Notes: generated from the letters alone by a model not told the origin. A stretch of DNA of 64,000 bases from Botryllus schlosseri (GCA_051294905.1 CM119384.1:15934001-15998000); one strand, 5' to 3'. Positions 12,660 to 25,699 are shown, counted from the stretch's first letter. A program made the numbers and translations.

Positions 12660-12790
12660 TCATAGACTCAATACCGAAAATAAGGAAAATCCAAGGACAC
12701 AAACATAAAGCAACAAATTTGAGAAATGCATGAATTATTGTCTTCAAAATAAGGACAAATCTGAGAAATAATGACGGTATGGCAACCCTA
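12660..12790. mobile_element. MITE end fragment (TAGGGTTGCCA-type); related fragment at 36385-36530
   Basis: Ends GGCAACCCTA; reverse complement resembles 36385 onward; no TSD found. Confidence 0.5.
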
Positions 12791-12833
12791 CCTGTTCGTT
12801 AATCTCGTGTTCGATCCAACGGTTTTTCTCAAC

Positions 12834-12966
12834 CTGCGCCGACAAGGGCAGCGGCTGGGCGCTTGACGAAGACGCGCTGGAATAAGAGAACGTTCTTTTC
12901 ACTGCGCTTGGAATGCCGTCGATTTCGTCTTCGTGGGCCGCGGCCCTGTCTTCTTCGGGTTCCGGG
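12834..12966 (-). CDS. BLTP1: BLTP1 exon 57
   Basis: PEPEEDRAAAHEDEIDG; phases 2-0 fit. Confidence 0.78.
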
Positions 12967-13250
12967 CTGCCAAAGTGTCGGATTGTTATGCCGAGAAATT
13001 AGGAGGATAGGGACGAATTTGTTTTGACCGACCGCAAGCAAAGTTTGTTAGTAGGGTTACCAGAAAATTCAGCCCTAACCCGAAAACAATAATACATATA
13101 TAGCAAATTCCAAGTGCCGAATTCACCAAGTGCCATTCATCATAATTCACACTCATATTCAATGAAACAATCATTTTCTAATTTCACGCGACAATATTGA
13201 TCCACGGTTTCATAATAATAATAGTTATTAAATTTCTGATGCATAATTCA

Positions 13251-13792
13251 CAGGGTTGTAATGACTCGACTCGAGTCCGACTTGAGTCACGTTTTTCAGA
13301 TGACTCGACTTGACTCGAGTCAATTTGTGTATTGACTCGACTTGGACTCGCGTCATTGCGCATGACTCGAACCAAGTCATATGACTCGAGACTCAGACGA
13401 CCACGACCGACGTTTCATTGTAATTCGAGGAATAGTAAAGTAATCACACTATTGGGATTTCGTCTATTGGTACCGGTACTTGAAAATGCGTCCAGAAACT
13501 GCTAAAAATGACGAAAATTAGTATATTATAAATGCGAACCATTCGATATCACCAAACAGGGTTACAAAAAGTGGATTTAACAAGCCTTTAACTGGAAACT
13601 GGGCAGTCAACACAATGACTTTGACTCGACTCGAGTCATAATACCATGACTCGGACTCGACCCTCTGCTGGGTGACTTGGACTAGGACTTGACTCGGTGG
13701 TGAATTGAAAATGACTCGACTTGACTCGAGTCAAAACTATAAAACTGAGATTGACTTGTGACTCGGAGCATTATGACTTGGTTACAAGCCTG
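13251..13792. mobile_element. hAT MITE (GACTCGAGTC family)
   Basis: TIR CAGGGTTGTAA / TTACAAGCCTG; perfect TSD ATAATTCA. Confidence 0.92.
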
Positions 13793-14685
13793 ATAATTCA
13801 CCAAATGCAGAATTCAGCATGCCAGTTATAATGGAATATATTCATTATGCCATTTCATAACCCAATGAAAAGATAGTAAATGTAGACAAACTGCCACCAT
13901 AATCTCAAGATATGAGGAATTCCCAAGAGGCACCCAATATGACTGTGAAGAAGTGCCTCACCTTTATACTATGACATTCTAGTATTTGCATGAATGAAAT
14001 GATTATATCCGCAATCATATACAATTGATATTCATTCCAATTTATGGTAACTGAAGAGTTATTCCGTTAGAATGATTCCAACAACGTGGAAGTGTCATGG
14101 TCTCTGTGTGTGCAAGACAGGCTCTCGTATGTTACGCGGACGAGGTCAGGTTCGTCGAAAGACAAAAATATGCAGCGGAGTAGCAATACAGCCTCCTGGA
14201 GTCATATTGCACATGAATGACATCGCATTCACATCATCGCTCTATGTTTCAAATATGAATCATTTTTTGCTTTGCTACCGCAAGGAAAATATTGCAAGTC
14301 AACCATCATCCAAAATAGTTTAGTATTTCTCAACCGTGAACATTGTGGTCACTGCTCGTTCCCTGAATATATTCGTAGTCTTGTGCAATGCGTTTTCCGT
14401 TAGAAAATCGTTCACTGACGGGTCTCTGTTCAAACCTCAAGTTTCGAGTCAGATTCGCGCACTCTGGTTGAGATATTTTTGAAAACAACGTTATGCAACT
14501 ATGATTAGGTGACTTATATCGTTAAAATATGACACAAAGAAATTGGGAATGGAACTGATAATTTCATCCGAAATAATTCAATTGTAAACGCGGAAGAATT
14601 TCCACACAGTATTTGAGATATTTGCGCAACCGATCCATACCATACCAATACCATACTATGCCCTGCCTAAAACATATCGACGTAC

Positions 14686-14891
14686 ATGTTGATGTCAAGT
14701 CCCTCGTCGTAAGAATGCCCGTCTTCGCCGGTGATCGCAAGCAGGGTGTCGGTGAGTTGGGAGAAATACGATCCAATTTTCGTGTCGAAATGGAGGTCCA
14801 TGCCCTTCATTTGCAGAGCGACGCTGACCGACGTTTTTGCGATGGACGGAACGCCTATTTGCGTGTTGAACGTTTGCGTGTCCGAGCTGAT
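14686..14891 (-). CDS. BLTP1: BLTP1 exon 56
   Basis: MKGMDLHFDTKIG...LTDTLLAITGED. Confidence 0.9.
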
Positions 14892-15378
14892 CTGTGGGTA
14901 ACATTTGATGATTTGATGCAAGCCTAGTATTTTAAAAGTGCAACGAAAATGGAGAATCCATGCAGTTGGTATACACTTAGGAGTAAGTGAATGAACTTAA
15001 ATGATGTTGGATGTTGTTTTGCCCTGTTAGAAGCGTGAATATGCCGTAGTCAAGTACGTACAGCAAAAGATTGCGACATGCAAGTATAGTGATGTCATGC
15101 TGTCGCATTTCCTTGTTACGTCAATCAATTCGAATTAAGAAAGGTTCGATGGCTAACATTAGTACCGCACAAATTCTCATAAATTATTGAAATAAGCAGT
15201 GACATAACATATTTAACATGTTTAACACGATGACTGCAATTCTGGGATGTCACTTTGCGTCACTTGAGATCGCTTTTAAAACTGCATTCGCTGCAGAGTA
15301 TTTTCCGTTTTAAGGCATACCGGAGCATGCCACGAGGAATATAGTTGAAGAAAACAGAGAAGACTGTAAAAAACTTGC

Positions 15379-15510
15379 CTGGTAAGTGCCTTCCGGAACC
15401 ACCAACGCATTCATGATATAATCTGCAGACGAAGTGTTCTCGCCGCACGCGTTGTGCTTCCAATCGTCCAACGAGGTTTGGAAGTCGTCGGCGAATCTCA
15501 AGCAGAAACC
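15379..15510 (-). CDS. BLTP1: BLTP1 exon 55 (ends at GC donor)
   Basis: GFCLRFADDFQTSLDDWK...MNALVVPEGTYQ|gcaagt. Confidence 0.92.
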
Positions 15511-15882
15511 CTTCAAGAAACGTGACCTTGTTAGACATGCCAACTATCGAATCAATGGAATTGAATCAATGAATAGGCTCCAAGAACTTGCTTTATACGA
15601 GCATCACGTTAATACGACAAAACTAAGTTCGAAACAATGCCGTGAATTAGTTGAAAAATGCGATACACAAATGTCTTGGTCAAGCCCAGATGTCATCAGT
15701 AACGAAAGACTACGTTTTACTGAAGTATCCTTGGTGCTTTTACCAAAGTATAGACAGATGGTCAGTGGTTTTACTTCGAGTAGTAAAAGCAGTTTACTTT
15801 TACAAAGCATTCAAGTAGTTTGACATGTCTTAAAAATCAACATTGATTGAAGGCGTCAGTGTGCTGTAAATAACTGGCTTAC

Positions 15883-15987
15883 CCGCATCTGCCCTTTGGT
15901 TGTTAGAGACTGAGTGTACGATGCGCTGATCAACGTATTGTCGATTGTCAACACCAAAGCCGAACGAAGCTCGTCTTGGTCTTTCAC
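15883..15987 (-). CDS. BLTP1: BLTP1 exon 54
   Basis: SALVLTIDNTLISAS...TKG. Confidence 0.92.
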
Positions 15988-16512
15988 CTGAATCGTGCAA
16001 TGAAGGATCAGAGAAAAATCGATTTACAAAGTAATAGAGCTAGGAATGGGACGGACAGGAACGTCCGAACTGCATGAGATTGTGAAATATCGCAAATACG
16101 AATCCCGGTTTAAAGTACATCAAACACAACAACTTACCTTATGAAGATATTCAAAATTAGAAGAACGTTTTGTGTTTCTCTCATCGAGAGGTATGCAGTG
16201 AGAGAGATGTTAATTTCAAACGGAAAACTAATATTTTCAGGTAAACCGTATGCAAGTCAATTTAAAAATGCTAAAGAGAGATTCTGAAATGCAATGATCG
16301 CGATAACACAGCCAGGTGAACCGTGTGTGCAAAGTTTTGACATTAACGAGACAATAGGACATAAAACTCGCGTTGCAACTATTTACAGACATCAGGAATA
16401 TTTTATTGAATAAATTCAGATTCCAGGAGTCTTCGTCAATTCACAATGACACTCTACATCGAGCTGAATGCAATTTCACCGCACACCGACACACAAACGA
16501 TAAACGAATTAC

Positions 16513-16668
16513 CTGTTGTGTGTTGACTTTGTGGGCCACGGGCAGACATATGCCGAGGTCGTTGACGGAAAGCTGCAGGAAAACAGAGTTTTTCCGATCC
16601 GACCGGGACAGTGTCTGCGAAAATGACGGGGCGGCCTTGGCTCGGGCGGACTGAATCACGTTTCGAAC
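16513..16668 (-). CDS. BLTP1: BLTP1 exon 53
   Basis: VFLQLSVNDLGICLP. Confidence 0.92.
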
Positions 16669-16829
16669 CTGGGCAAAAAGAGGTGCATCATTGATCGAAG
16701 CGTACCAGGGTGGATCGTCGTCAGGTGTAAAATTTCAGCGAAACTGCTATACAGGGGATAAGTTACAGGAATGGTAAGTGAAAAGTAGTACGGGTTGGAC
16801 ATGTTACCATCAAGTTTCTGAGTGAAATA

Positions 16830-17317
16830 CAAGAACGGGAAACCTAAAAAAAAATCAAAATTTCAACATTTTTTATCTGGTTGGAACTGTGTGTCTTTAC
16901 TAAGTAGTTTGGTCTGAAAAAGCTTTTTTGACTTAAAAACTGACAAATTTCTACATTAAAAAAATTTATTTCAATGAAATCTGGACCTATGCACAATTCC
17001 AGTAGTTACATCACGCATTATGGTAGAAATAATTTAAATTTGTTGTAGTACAACAACGGAAAGACGCTTTCCTACATTCTCAGGTAGAAAGTGTCCGTCC
17101 TTACTAAGAAGCTTGCCAAGTAAGGAGAAAGAACGTTCGACAGCAGCATATATTGGCTGGCAGCACTGAATTGTGTGTACTGCTGGTGACACACAAACAT
17201 CTACGACACAAAACGGAATGCCCGTTGCAAAGAAATTTTGACTTTGTAAACAATTTTTACAGTTTTTTACATAACGCTACAATTTTGACAAAATTTGACT
17301 AATTTTGACATCGCCCT
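16830..17317. repeat. Dispersed repeat/MITE shared with 55012-55390
   Basis: Shared block GGAACTGT..TAGTTTGG.CTGAAAAA..TTTGACTTAAAAACT.ACAAATTT; ends ATCGCCCTA here, begins TAGGGCGAT at 55012; boundaries approximate. Confidence 0.6.
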
Positions 17318-17690
17318 AGTCATCAGCCATTTTGCATCAGCAGCAAAGATGTAAGCGATTAACTCGTAAAAGTAAGCGTTACCTTGAAGGAATCAAATTT
17401 TTTCAACTATTTTCCAGATCTTCATTTTTTCTTTTCCAAGTAGCTTTGATATAGCTTGGAAATCACTACTTCTACTTATAATTAAGTAGTAACTTTTCAC
17501 ATTAGTTATATTGGCGGCATAATGAATGATTGGAGGTAGTTTAATTTGCATCAAAATACATTTCAACACCCGACATCGGGTCATTTGAGTGAATTGTCTT
17601 CGTTTTTTTCAAAACAGCCGAGTATTTCAAGGCGTTCCATGAAGCTGGCTGGTTCGATTTCAGGTACATGACGTCCGATTGTCACTCTAC

Positions 17691-17773
17691 CTGCTTTGCA
17701 GTTTGTAGCACGGCGTTGCGCTGTTCCTTCCAATCTTCGTAAGCGTTTTTATACGAGAGATACACCAAGATAG
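17691..17773 (-). CDS. BLTP1: BLTP1 exon 52
   Basis: AILVYLSYKNAYEDWKEQR. Confidence 0.92.
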
Positions 17774-17839
17774 CTGTAAAAACACGAGGTATTTTCACAC
17801 GATAGCCCACAGACAGCACCGAAAATAAAGACAACTTAC

Positions 17840-17923
17840 CTTTGTCAAAAGCGGTGGGTTGCACGAAAAAAAGCGGTCTCGTCAGAGAAATAAGTACGAT
17901 GCTATTTTCGCTCTCGTCGGGTT
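17840..17923 (-). CDS. BLTP1: BLTP1 exon 51
   Basis: VLISLTRPLFFVQPTAFDK; G|gtaagt. Confidence 0.92.
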
Positions 17924-18213
17924 CTGACAACATAAAAAGATTCCTAATCAAGTACAATTAAATGACGCCGAAAAAATAAGCATACTTTTGATATTTCTCA
18001 AACGTTCATCCAGACTTTGCATGGATGTCTTCATCGGTATTTTGTGGCCGGGCATCCTTGGATTGTAACCGCTGGTCGTCGAAGAGCTCGCTGCAGAAAA
18101 ACAGTGATTAAGATGTCACAATTTACAATGATATAACAATATTGACGAGTAGCATTGGCTCTGGCGCGTCTGGTCAAGAGTTGACAGTATGATCAATTGG
18201 CCATTGAACAGTA

Positions 18214-18806
18214 GGGCTCTTACAAAATGACTTTTTTTCTCAAATCGTACTGCCTACTTGATAAAATTGCTAGGTTACCTAATTTAAGCCTACACACCAA
18301 ATTTGGTTCAATGCCAACCAGTTGCCGCATTGCTACAGGAGAAGAAAGTTTCTATTTATTATATAAAAATAAATAACAAAAAATTGGAAAATTTTCTGTT
18401 CACCAGATGAAAGTGTTAGGTTATCTATAGAAACGATGTTCACCAAATTTGGTTCAATTCCAACCAGTGGAAGCGGAGTTATTGCCGTCGAAAAATTTGG
18501 ATTATGAATAAAATAGTATTTACGGTGACAAATTATTTAATTATTTATTATAGTGGTGCCCACCGTAAATACTATTATATTCAAATCCAAATTTTTCGAT
18601 GGATATCACTCCACTTCCACTGGTTGGAATTGAACCAAATTTTTTGTTAATTATTTTTATATAATAAATCTGAACTTACTTCTGTAGCAATGCGGCTACT
18701 GGTTGAAATTGAACCAAATTTGGTGTGTAGGCTTAAATTAGGTAACTTAACAATTTTATCAAGTAGCCAGTACAATTTGAGAAGAAAAGTCATTCTTGAA
18801 GAGCCA
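18214..18806. mobile_element. Foldback (nearly fully palindromic) TA-flanked MITE
   Basis: Outer arms about 170 bp plus inner arms about 75 bp; TA on both flanks; partial copy at about 37810-37978. Confidence 0.85.
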
Positions 18807-19096
18807 TATTGACCAGTCGCAAATATGAGTTAGCTAGGCAGTAATGTGAGCCAACAGATATGAATTTTACAAATTTTGATTTGGAACTGCAGCACTTTCG
18901 AATGATCTTGGAAACAGATTTCCTGGTTCATTTTATTCAAATATTATTTTTTACACCATGGTTTCTCAACTTTTTTGCTACACGGGCTGGTACCAGTGGC
19001 TAACTTCACGCCGTGACGGCTATCGCGAAACTCTAATATCTGCACACACACTGCAAGGATTTTGTCAACTTCTACCTCTATAATTGTTTCACCGAC

Positions 19097-19285
19097 CTTT
19101 TGCGGCTGGGTCATCCTTCCCTTCCCTCGTGTTTTGCAATCCGATTCGCGTCGTGAAGTAGGCCAATTCCCGAAATTCGGCTTCGGCTTCAGGGTAGACC
19201 CTGTCGTGAACGAGAGTTCCCAGAGACAGCGTCAGATCCACTTGCGCCTTGCCGAACATTTTCAAATACTTTGGCACGTCGATGC
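19097..19285 (-). CDS. BLTP1: BLTP1 exon 50
   Basis: YLKMFGKAQVDLTLSLG...AYFTTRIGLQN. Confidence 0.94.
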
Positions 19286-19349
19286 CTGAAACATCCCAGA
19301 AAATCCGGTGACCCGCGCGAGACGGCTCGTAGTTAACGTCGACACAAAC

Positions 19350-19476
19350 CTTTCTTTTTCCTTCTCGACTTGCGCCCCGCGTTCTGCATCACTCGATTCG
19401 ACAGCTCAAACATGGTCTCACCCGTTTTTAATCTCACCGCGTTGAGCGAAGGCGTGGCTGCCGTGATTTGAATTCC
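19350..19476 (-). CDS. BLTP1: BLTP1 exon 49
   Basis: GIQITAATPSLNAVRLKTG...ELSNR. Confidence 0.92.
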
Positions 19477-20100
19477 CTGCATTTGCAAAAAAAGAGTGAA
19501 AAAGTAGCTTTACGAAAGGCGATCGGTTATAAAATAACGATACCTTGCTTAAAAATGATATTGAATCGATAAATTTTCGGATACTCAAGTATAAACACAT
19601 AAAACTTCAACATTAACTCACAGTAAGTGGGAGACACCAAGTACTACTACTTTTCCAGAGTACTCAAGTGATTTCAAAATACTTGCACTTCAACGTGACA
19701 TGTTTGTAGGTAAAAACTGCTCGCTTATTACATTTTCAATTTAGTGATGTAAGTAGTTATGAGAAATGTTTGCCTTATTTTCACGAGTAAAATTGTCATA
19801 TCCACTATGAAAATACATTTTCGAAAAATTTAAGCGCCTTTAATCATTTTTTGCGGTAGTCCTAAAGATGAATCGCGAGATCTCAAACTTTGTTGACAGG
19901 TGAATGTCTGCCATCCTCGACCAGATCTAGAGCAATCTTTGTGTCTTTCTTTTTTTATTTCCACTTGAAATAGTTTTGACGTCTGTTGAAAACTGCTAAT
20001 TCTACTTGCAATCGCGTAGAAATTTACGCCCGACAACTTTGACCTTCTCAGCTCTTCAATAATTTTTCTTCGCATATCCGAGGCACAATCGATACCTTAC

Positions 20101-20229
20101 CTTCAGCTGTATTTGGAGCTGATAAAGCATCGGAGGTGAAGGCTGCTGCGATTCCGATCTCAGCGTGGTCTCGGACCAAAGCGGGACCGGCTTGCTTGTT
20201 TTCGAGACTTTTTCAATCATTTGGTTTAT
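20101..20229 (-). CDS. BLTP1: BLTP1 exon 48
   Basis: INQMIEKVS...PVPLWSE...LYQLQIQLK|gtaagg. Confidence 0.92.
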
Positions 20230-20628
20230 CTGCCGAGAAGAAGTAAAAATTTAGGTCACTAGGCATCAAAACGTTGAAGAATATGAAAAGCATGACGCTG
20301 TTTAGTAACAGTGCATGCGTTTCAAAACTGTTACCAATACACGATGTACAGCAAAAATCTTTCTGGTTTCTAGCAAGTAAATGTCAATAAACTATGTTCA
20401 TCTGCTGTGTAAAATAACATTACTGTGTTGATACACAGTATTTGGCTAAAACACTCCACTACAAATAGTCAAGTTATGTCTTCTCTGCGCACACACTCAC
20501 ACCTATAAGACTGAATCACCAGATTGATTGCAAATATCAACAAACGCATAGCCTGAATTAAAATTTAGTAAGATTAGATTAAAGTTAATTTGAAAACAAT
20601 ACTTTTCGAAGCAAGCAAGGCAATCTAC

Positions 20629-20750
20629 CTCTTTCAAGAACACTTCCTGCAGGAATATCAGTTGGTTCAACAGGTCCGTCGTGAGGCTGTGTTCGAAACT
20701 GCCGACTTCAATCGACAAGAAGAGATAATCCCCGGAACGAACCGCCACGC
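20629..20750 (-). CDS. BLTP1: BLTP1 exon 47
   Basis: EVGSFEHSLTTDLLNQLIFLQEVFLKE. Confidence 0.94.
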
Positions 20751-20919
20751 CTGTCAAAAAAATTTTAATTGTCAAACGCAAAAATCCAATTCACAGCGGT
20801 AAAGCGGTATCAGTGGCGGCCTTCAATGACGATTATCTCCGAGAGATTATGGCTTTTTTGTCTCCGACTTATTCCCCAATCAATAAACACAGATAAAAGT
20901 CCACAATCTGGCGTCTCAC

Positions 20920-21058
20920 GTTCAGGGGTGCGTTGAATTCCATCGGACTTCCACGTCTCCATTACCGGGGTATTCGAGTCCAGTTCCCCTTGCTTGTATT
21001 CACCCTCGATTTCGATGGCTGGCAATCTGATCAAGGTGGAGGTCGGGTCGTCGTAGTC
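20920..21058 (-). CDS. BLTP1: BLTP1 exon 46
   Basis: IRLPAIEIEGEY; C|gtgaga. Confidence 0.83.
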
Positions 21059-21170
21059 CTTCAAAAATGGGCAGAGGGGGTCAGTAACGAAGAAGTTCTA
21101 TTATTCGGAGTACCAAGGTCTTCAACGACCAAAGCAGTGGCTCGTAACGGGAATCAAAACATTGACTCAC

Positions 21171-21330
21171 GGTAGCTGTAAACTCGAGAACGTGGTCCGG
21201 CAGCGCAAACTGGAAAGAAGCGTCCATGCCAGTGCGGCCCTCGCCCTTCAATAACCCGGTCTTGTACGATGCGTGCAGTGAAGGAAGCAGGGAGGCCATG
21301 ATAGCGACGCCGTCGCAGGTCAAACGAAAC
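21171..21330 (-). CDS. BLTP1: BLTP1 exon 45
   Basis: DGVAIMASLLPSLHASYK...FALPDH. Confidence 0.92.
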
Positions 21331-21946
21331 CTGGAGGCCAAGATCAGACCAGATAAGGAAAAGAAATGCCTTGGTTGGTAAGCTTTGTCCAAAAACCGCT
21401 AGGCCTGGTTTGAAGCCCGAAATTGGGGCGGAATGAAGTTTTTTTACAGATCCCGCAAATGTGGGTGCACATTTCTGGTTGAATCACAGAGGTGGTCTTA
21501 AACAATGAATACTTCAAGGTTTCCACTACTTCCGCTACTTTATCAAGCAGTTACGTTTTAGACTGTTCGAGCCTTTTTTAGATAAAACCACTTACATTTA
21601 ACACTTTCAAAAGTAGAATGAGGTTTTCGGGGTATATTTACAAGACCAAATCTACTTTTGGAAACTGCTTACTAGAGCACTTTTCTGATCCTCATTTTAT
21701 ATTTCCGCATGTCAAGTTACTTTTCCTTTTACTTGATTGGCCATCTCTGTTTCCAGTCGAGTTCACACTGCTACCAAACTCGGAGTCTGTCTTCTTGTAA
21801 ATCAATAAATGTACGCGAGTACCGGTACGTGGACATATGAGCATACCACAATTGGGATTAGGGTTAGCACACATGCTCAAATGTCGTGCAACCTCAAGTA
21901 ACATTACCAAATACCCGAGACTAGAGAAACAAATAATTTCACTTAC

Positions 21947-22129
21947 TGCGCGTTGACTGGAGAACTGGTAGCTGCCGACGAAGAATCTTGCGACGTTAAA
22001 TCGATGAGAGTGGTCAGGGCGCTCGGGGTGACTGGGGTCATCGGCGGATTGACCGAGGACACGATGGATTGAGCGGGAGTGACCGGCGTGCGGGGCGTCC
22101 CGGAGTCCACCTGGTCGAGCTGATATGAT
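21947..22129 (-). CDS. BLTP1: BLTP1 exon 44 (Pro/Thr/Ser-rich)
   Basis: Open TPRTPVTP...; CA|gtaagt; phase 2-2. Confidence 0.8.
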
Positions 22130-22428
22130 CTACAATGAACAGTGTTATCTGTTATCCAATGGGACTAACGTCAGACGCAAACGTCCCACTATTTAATGAT
22201 TTTGAAGTTGGGCCAACGTCCTAAATGTTGAGAATGCATGGTTGAAGTGGAGTCATGAATTTTGGTAGTAATAATGAGTAAGGCTGCAAGGCACAGAAAA
22301 TGCTGGCATATATTTATACAAATAGAAGATTTCATCAATCTTTTAATGCGAGATTTGCCGTTGAACTTCATAAGTCAGTTGTGCGAAGCAGGGCAGCAGC
22401 CTTGTTTTGGTGCATGCAATAAACTCAC

Positions 22429-22637
22429 GATCTCATGGTGGGCGTCATGGCAAACTCGGATATGTGAGCGGAAAGCTGTCTTGAGCCTCTCGATACAATA
22501 TCGTGAAGAGACGCCGGATGCTGGGTGAGGTCAAAGTTAATCGCGCCCAGGTGAAGGTTCGCGACGTTCTCCGAAGACTCTCGGCAATGGTCTGTGCTCG
22601 CGTCCAACAAACTCTTCTTTATCGAGGCTGTGGCTAT
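22429..22637 (-). CDS. BLTP1: BLTP1 exon 43
   Basis: LGAINFDLTQHPASLHDIVSRGSRQLS. Confidence 0.92.
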
Positions 22638-23153
22638 CTGAAATTGCAATCACCAACACAGATTTGAATAGCAATGAAGATTTCCTCGTGGTCATATCAA
22701 AAAGAAATTATCGAGGCACTAAACAACCAAACAATTACTGCCAGATATTTTTGGGACAATACGATGATGCGTTTGAAATCTTTCAAGCAAAAATCCCACA
22801 CTCAGGCTACTTACTACTGAAGATAACAAAACCGGAAACCAGCACAACAATAATGTCACAATCCAGGGTCATATGCCGTATAGAATTTAGTTACTTTTTA
22901 CTATGATATAATAAAGACAGAATTTTTCAATATCTTACACAGAACCTTGAGAACTAGGCTACGGGATATCAAGTGGACAATGGGCCACGGCTATAAAAAG
23001 ATTAGGAACTGCTGCACTAAAAATATGTAATCTGTTATCAAAGGAATAGTCGAATTTGCAAGATATTATAAAATGTAGTAATCAGGCAAACTCACAGAAC
23101 CGTAACAGTTCTAACAATAATTATACACAAAGCAAGATCCCAGAACGCCTCAC

Positions 23154-23339
23154 GTTTCTTATTTGTTTGCTCGCTAGATCCATCAAAGTGATGCCGACGC
23201 CGTTGAGGGTGGTGGTAAATTTCGAGGAAGCCTGACTCTTGTAGGCGCTGACTACGTTTTTCGAGTGATTCACCCGAGTCAACAATTCAGAAAGTTCCGC
23301 GTTCAGCTTCAGATCTCCCACAGCCGCGTGCATGTTCAC
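23154..23339 (-). CDS. BLTP1: BLTP1 exon 42
   Basis: VNMHAAVGDLKLNAEL...LNGVGITLMD. Confidence 0.87.
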
Positions 23340-23543
23340 CTGGACGGAAAATCGTTGGTGAGTAACGCTATTGAAAACATGGTACATTCAAATACGGCTT
23401 TCCGAGTGTTCTAAATCAGTTCCGAACATGAATTTACGGCTTATGAAATATCGTAGGCAATCTACATGAAAACAATGAATTTCCAATGAGAAATCCAAAG
23501 CCAACGTATCGCCGGGCGTGTTAACGAAAAGAAAAATCATTAC

Positions 23544-23689
23544 CTTTTTCACCCTGGCGGTAACACGCAGGGCTAACGCTAAAAACGGATCATGCTGGGG
23601 CAAAGCCAACGTGTTTCTTCTACGAATCGTACTGAGGCTGATCGTGTCGTTGGCAATGGAGAGGTTTTCATTTTCGACATGCATTGTAT
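23544..23689 (-). CDS. BLTP1: BLTP1 exon 41
   Basis: DPFLALALRVTARVKK|gtaatg. Confidence 0.82.
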
Positions 23690-23940
23690 CTGAAGTAATG
23701 ATGTGATTTACGGCAACGAATCGCGACCGACCGAAGTTAAATAAGGAAACACAACGCCATGCTAGAAATATAGAAGTAGATTGGCACGATCCTACATAAA
23801 AATGAACTGAGAAACAGCAGAGAATGTGTGAGTGTCATAAACCTGTGTTTCTGCGCAATACTCATCACCAGTGACTATAACTAGACTTCGACCTTTATCC
23901 GCCTGTGTGGAAGTATTGGTACTGTCGGATTGCTTTATGG

Positions 23941-24191
23941 CAGTGGTTCTCAAATTTGTAGAGTGCAACTCGAATCTTGAGTTCTACTTCTAATGTAAGT
24001 ACCGGTTTACTACGTTTTTACAGTCACATACTCGTAATGTAACCAGGAATCATCGATATTGGCGATTGATTTTCCAAAACCAAGCAGTCAACAACATACA
24101 ATGTTGATACGCTCAGATCTGAACCTTTTTCGTTCTAAAACCCATTTTACAAGCAAGGCGGTAACTTATGACATAATTTTGAGAACCACTG
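23941..24191. mobile_element. hAT/Charlie-like MITE
   Basis: CAGTGGTTCTCAAA ... TTTGAGAACCACTG; degenerate TSD (5/8). Confidence 0.75.
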
Positions 24192-24486
24192 ATTTACGAA
24201 GAATGAGAGAAGTTGTGTTTCCTGAACTACAATTAGGCCTGCTAGACTGGAAGTATCAGCTTCTTGACGAGTTGCAGTGTTATTGTATATTGATAAAGTT
24301 TATGGGGGATACATTTTTCAATTTACAGCTAGTCATTACAAGTTCAAATTGAGACTACACATTTTCATACCAACAAAAAATAGCGTCTTTACGGTGAAAA
24401 TATGTTACCAATATCAGAATTGCTATTTCAATTCTCCTATATTTGTAAGGCTCTAATTTGGACCGTGTAAATTAACGATATCGTAC

Positions 24487-24559
24487 CTGCTTGCCTCTCG
24501 AACACCTCTACGTTATTGTCCGGCAGGCTCTCATACAAGTCCACCATTTTGTACATGAC
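24487..24559 (-). CDS. BLTP1: BLTP1 exon 40
   Basis: VMYKMVDLYESL. Confidence 0.87.
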
Positions 24560-24631
24560 CTTAAAAACAAAATCCTGTATCAAACTAGCCTCTAACGATC
24601 GAATCTAGTAGTAGCAGTAACAACGCCGCAC

Positions 24632-24794
24632 CTGCCAGCAGTGTGGCACTTCCGTACTTGCGGTGGATACAGAATCACTCTCGCCAGATGAGGAATTGTC
24701 ATTTTCGTCGTCTTGTGTGACGTCTGTATCGTTTTTGACGGACGGCTGAATATCATCTGGGGGCGGTAGTGCTTGGATCATTTCAGCAGATAGT
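24632..24794 (-). CDS. BLTP1: BLTP1 exon 39
   Basis: SDSVSTASTEVPHCWQ. Confidence 0.85.
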
Positions 24795-25699
24795 CTACAA
24801 TACACGAGAGGTGTTATATATCAAAAAGAATTAAAGCAGGGGTTGTTAACCTGGGGGTCCATGAAAGTTCAATGTTGAAACTTCCACTATAAACTATAAA
24901 ACTGACCGTGTTGTCTTAATTATAAGATCCAGCCTTATCTTTGACTTACGTCCATATTGACTTATTTCAAGTGCCCATCACACGTCACAACAGACACATG
25001 GATAATATGTAAACTATTAACTGTACTTCAACTAGTAATCAGTAATATCTACCGAATGCTCATCACTAGGGCAAGTTTTTGTAGCACTAAAATCGCGAGG
25101 AAGTTGCACAGGATTTTGACAAAAGTTGCATTTATAATTTTTGCTGAATTAGTAGGGTATGAGATACTCGAAAGGTTCCGTTGTATGACCTAGTTCCTGC
25201 AGAGCCGTCAAATTTGTTACTTTGCCATTTCACGGACATTCAAAATTACATTTTTTGCCGTTGCACAGGCATAAAAATTACATAATGCGGGAATACTTTT
25301 CCCCCAAAAGCCAAACCGTATCGCAATAGCCCCCTCCCCCTAAAACAAGTCGTATAACACACCCTAAACCCTCCAGGTCTGCAAACTTGGCCCAAGGCAT
25401 TGCAGAAAAAACTTTAACAAAGTCAATAGCCTGAAAAAGGTGATCCAGTGAAAATGTAATTTTCAGCTATCTCGCCTAGGCGTTGGTGAAATGGGAATCC
25501 ATCTCGAATTTTAACGACAGAAATAATAGAGCAATCTATTTACATATTGTTCGAGCACGGTCGTGCTTGGCAGGGGTAGTTGAACTTCTTGCATGCAAGC
25601 CATTGTGTCATATATTACAGTGAGATGCAGCTAACTCATCATACAGCTCTTTGTTATGCAAATCAAAGAGTATAGAACCATACTAGAAATAGTTTATAG

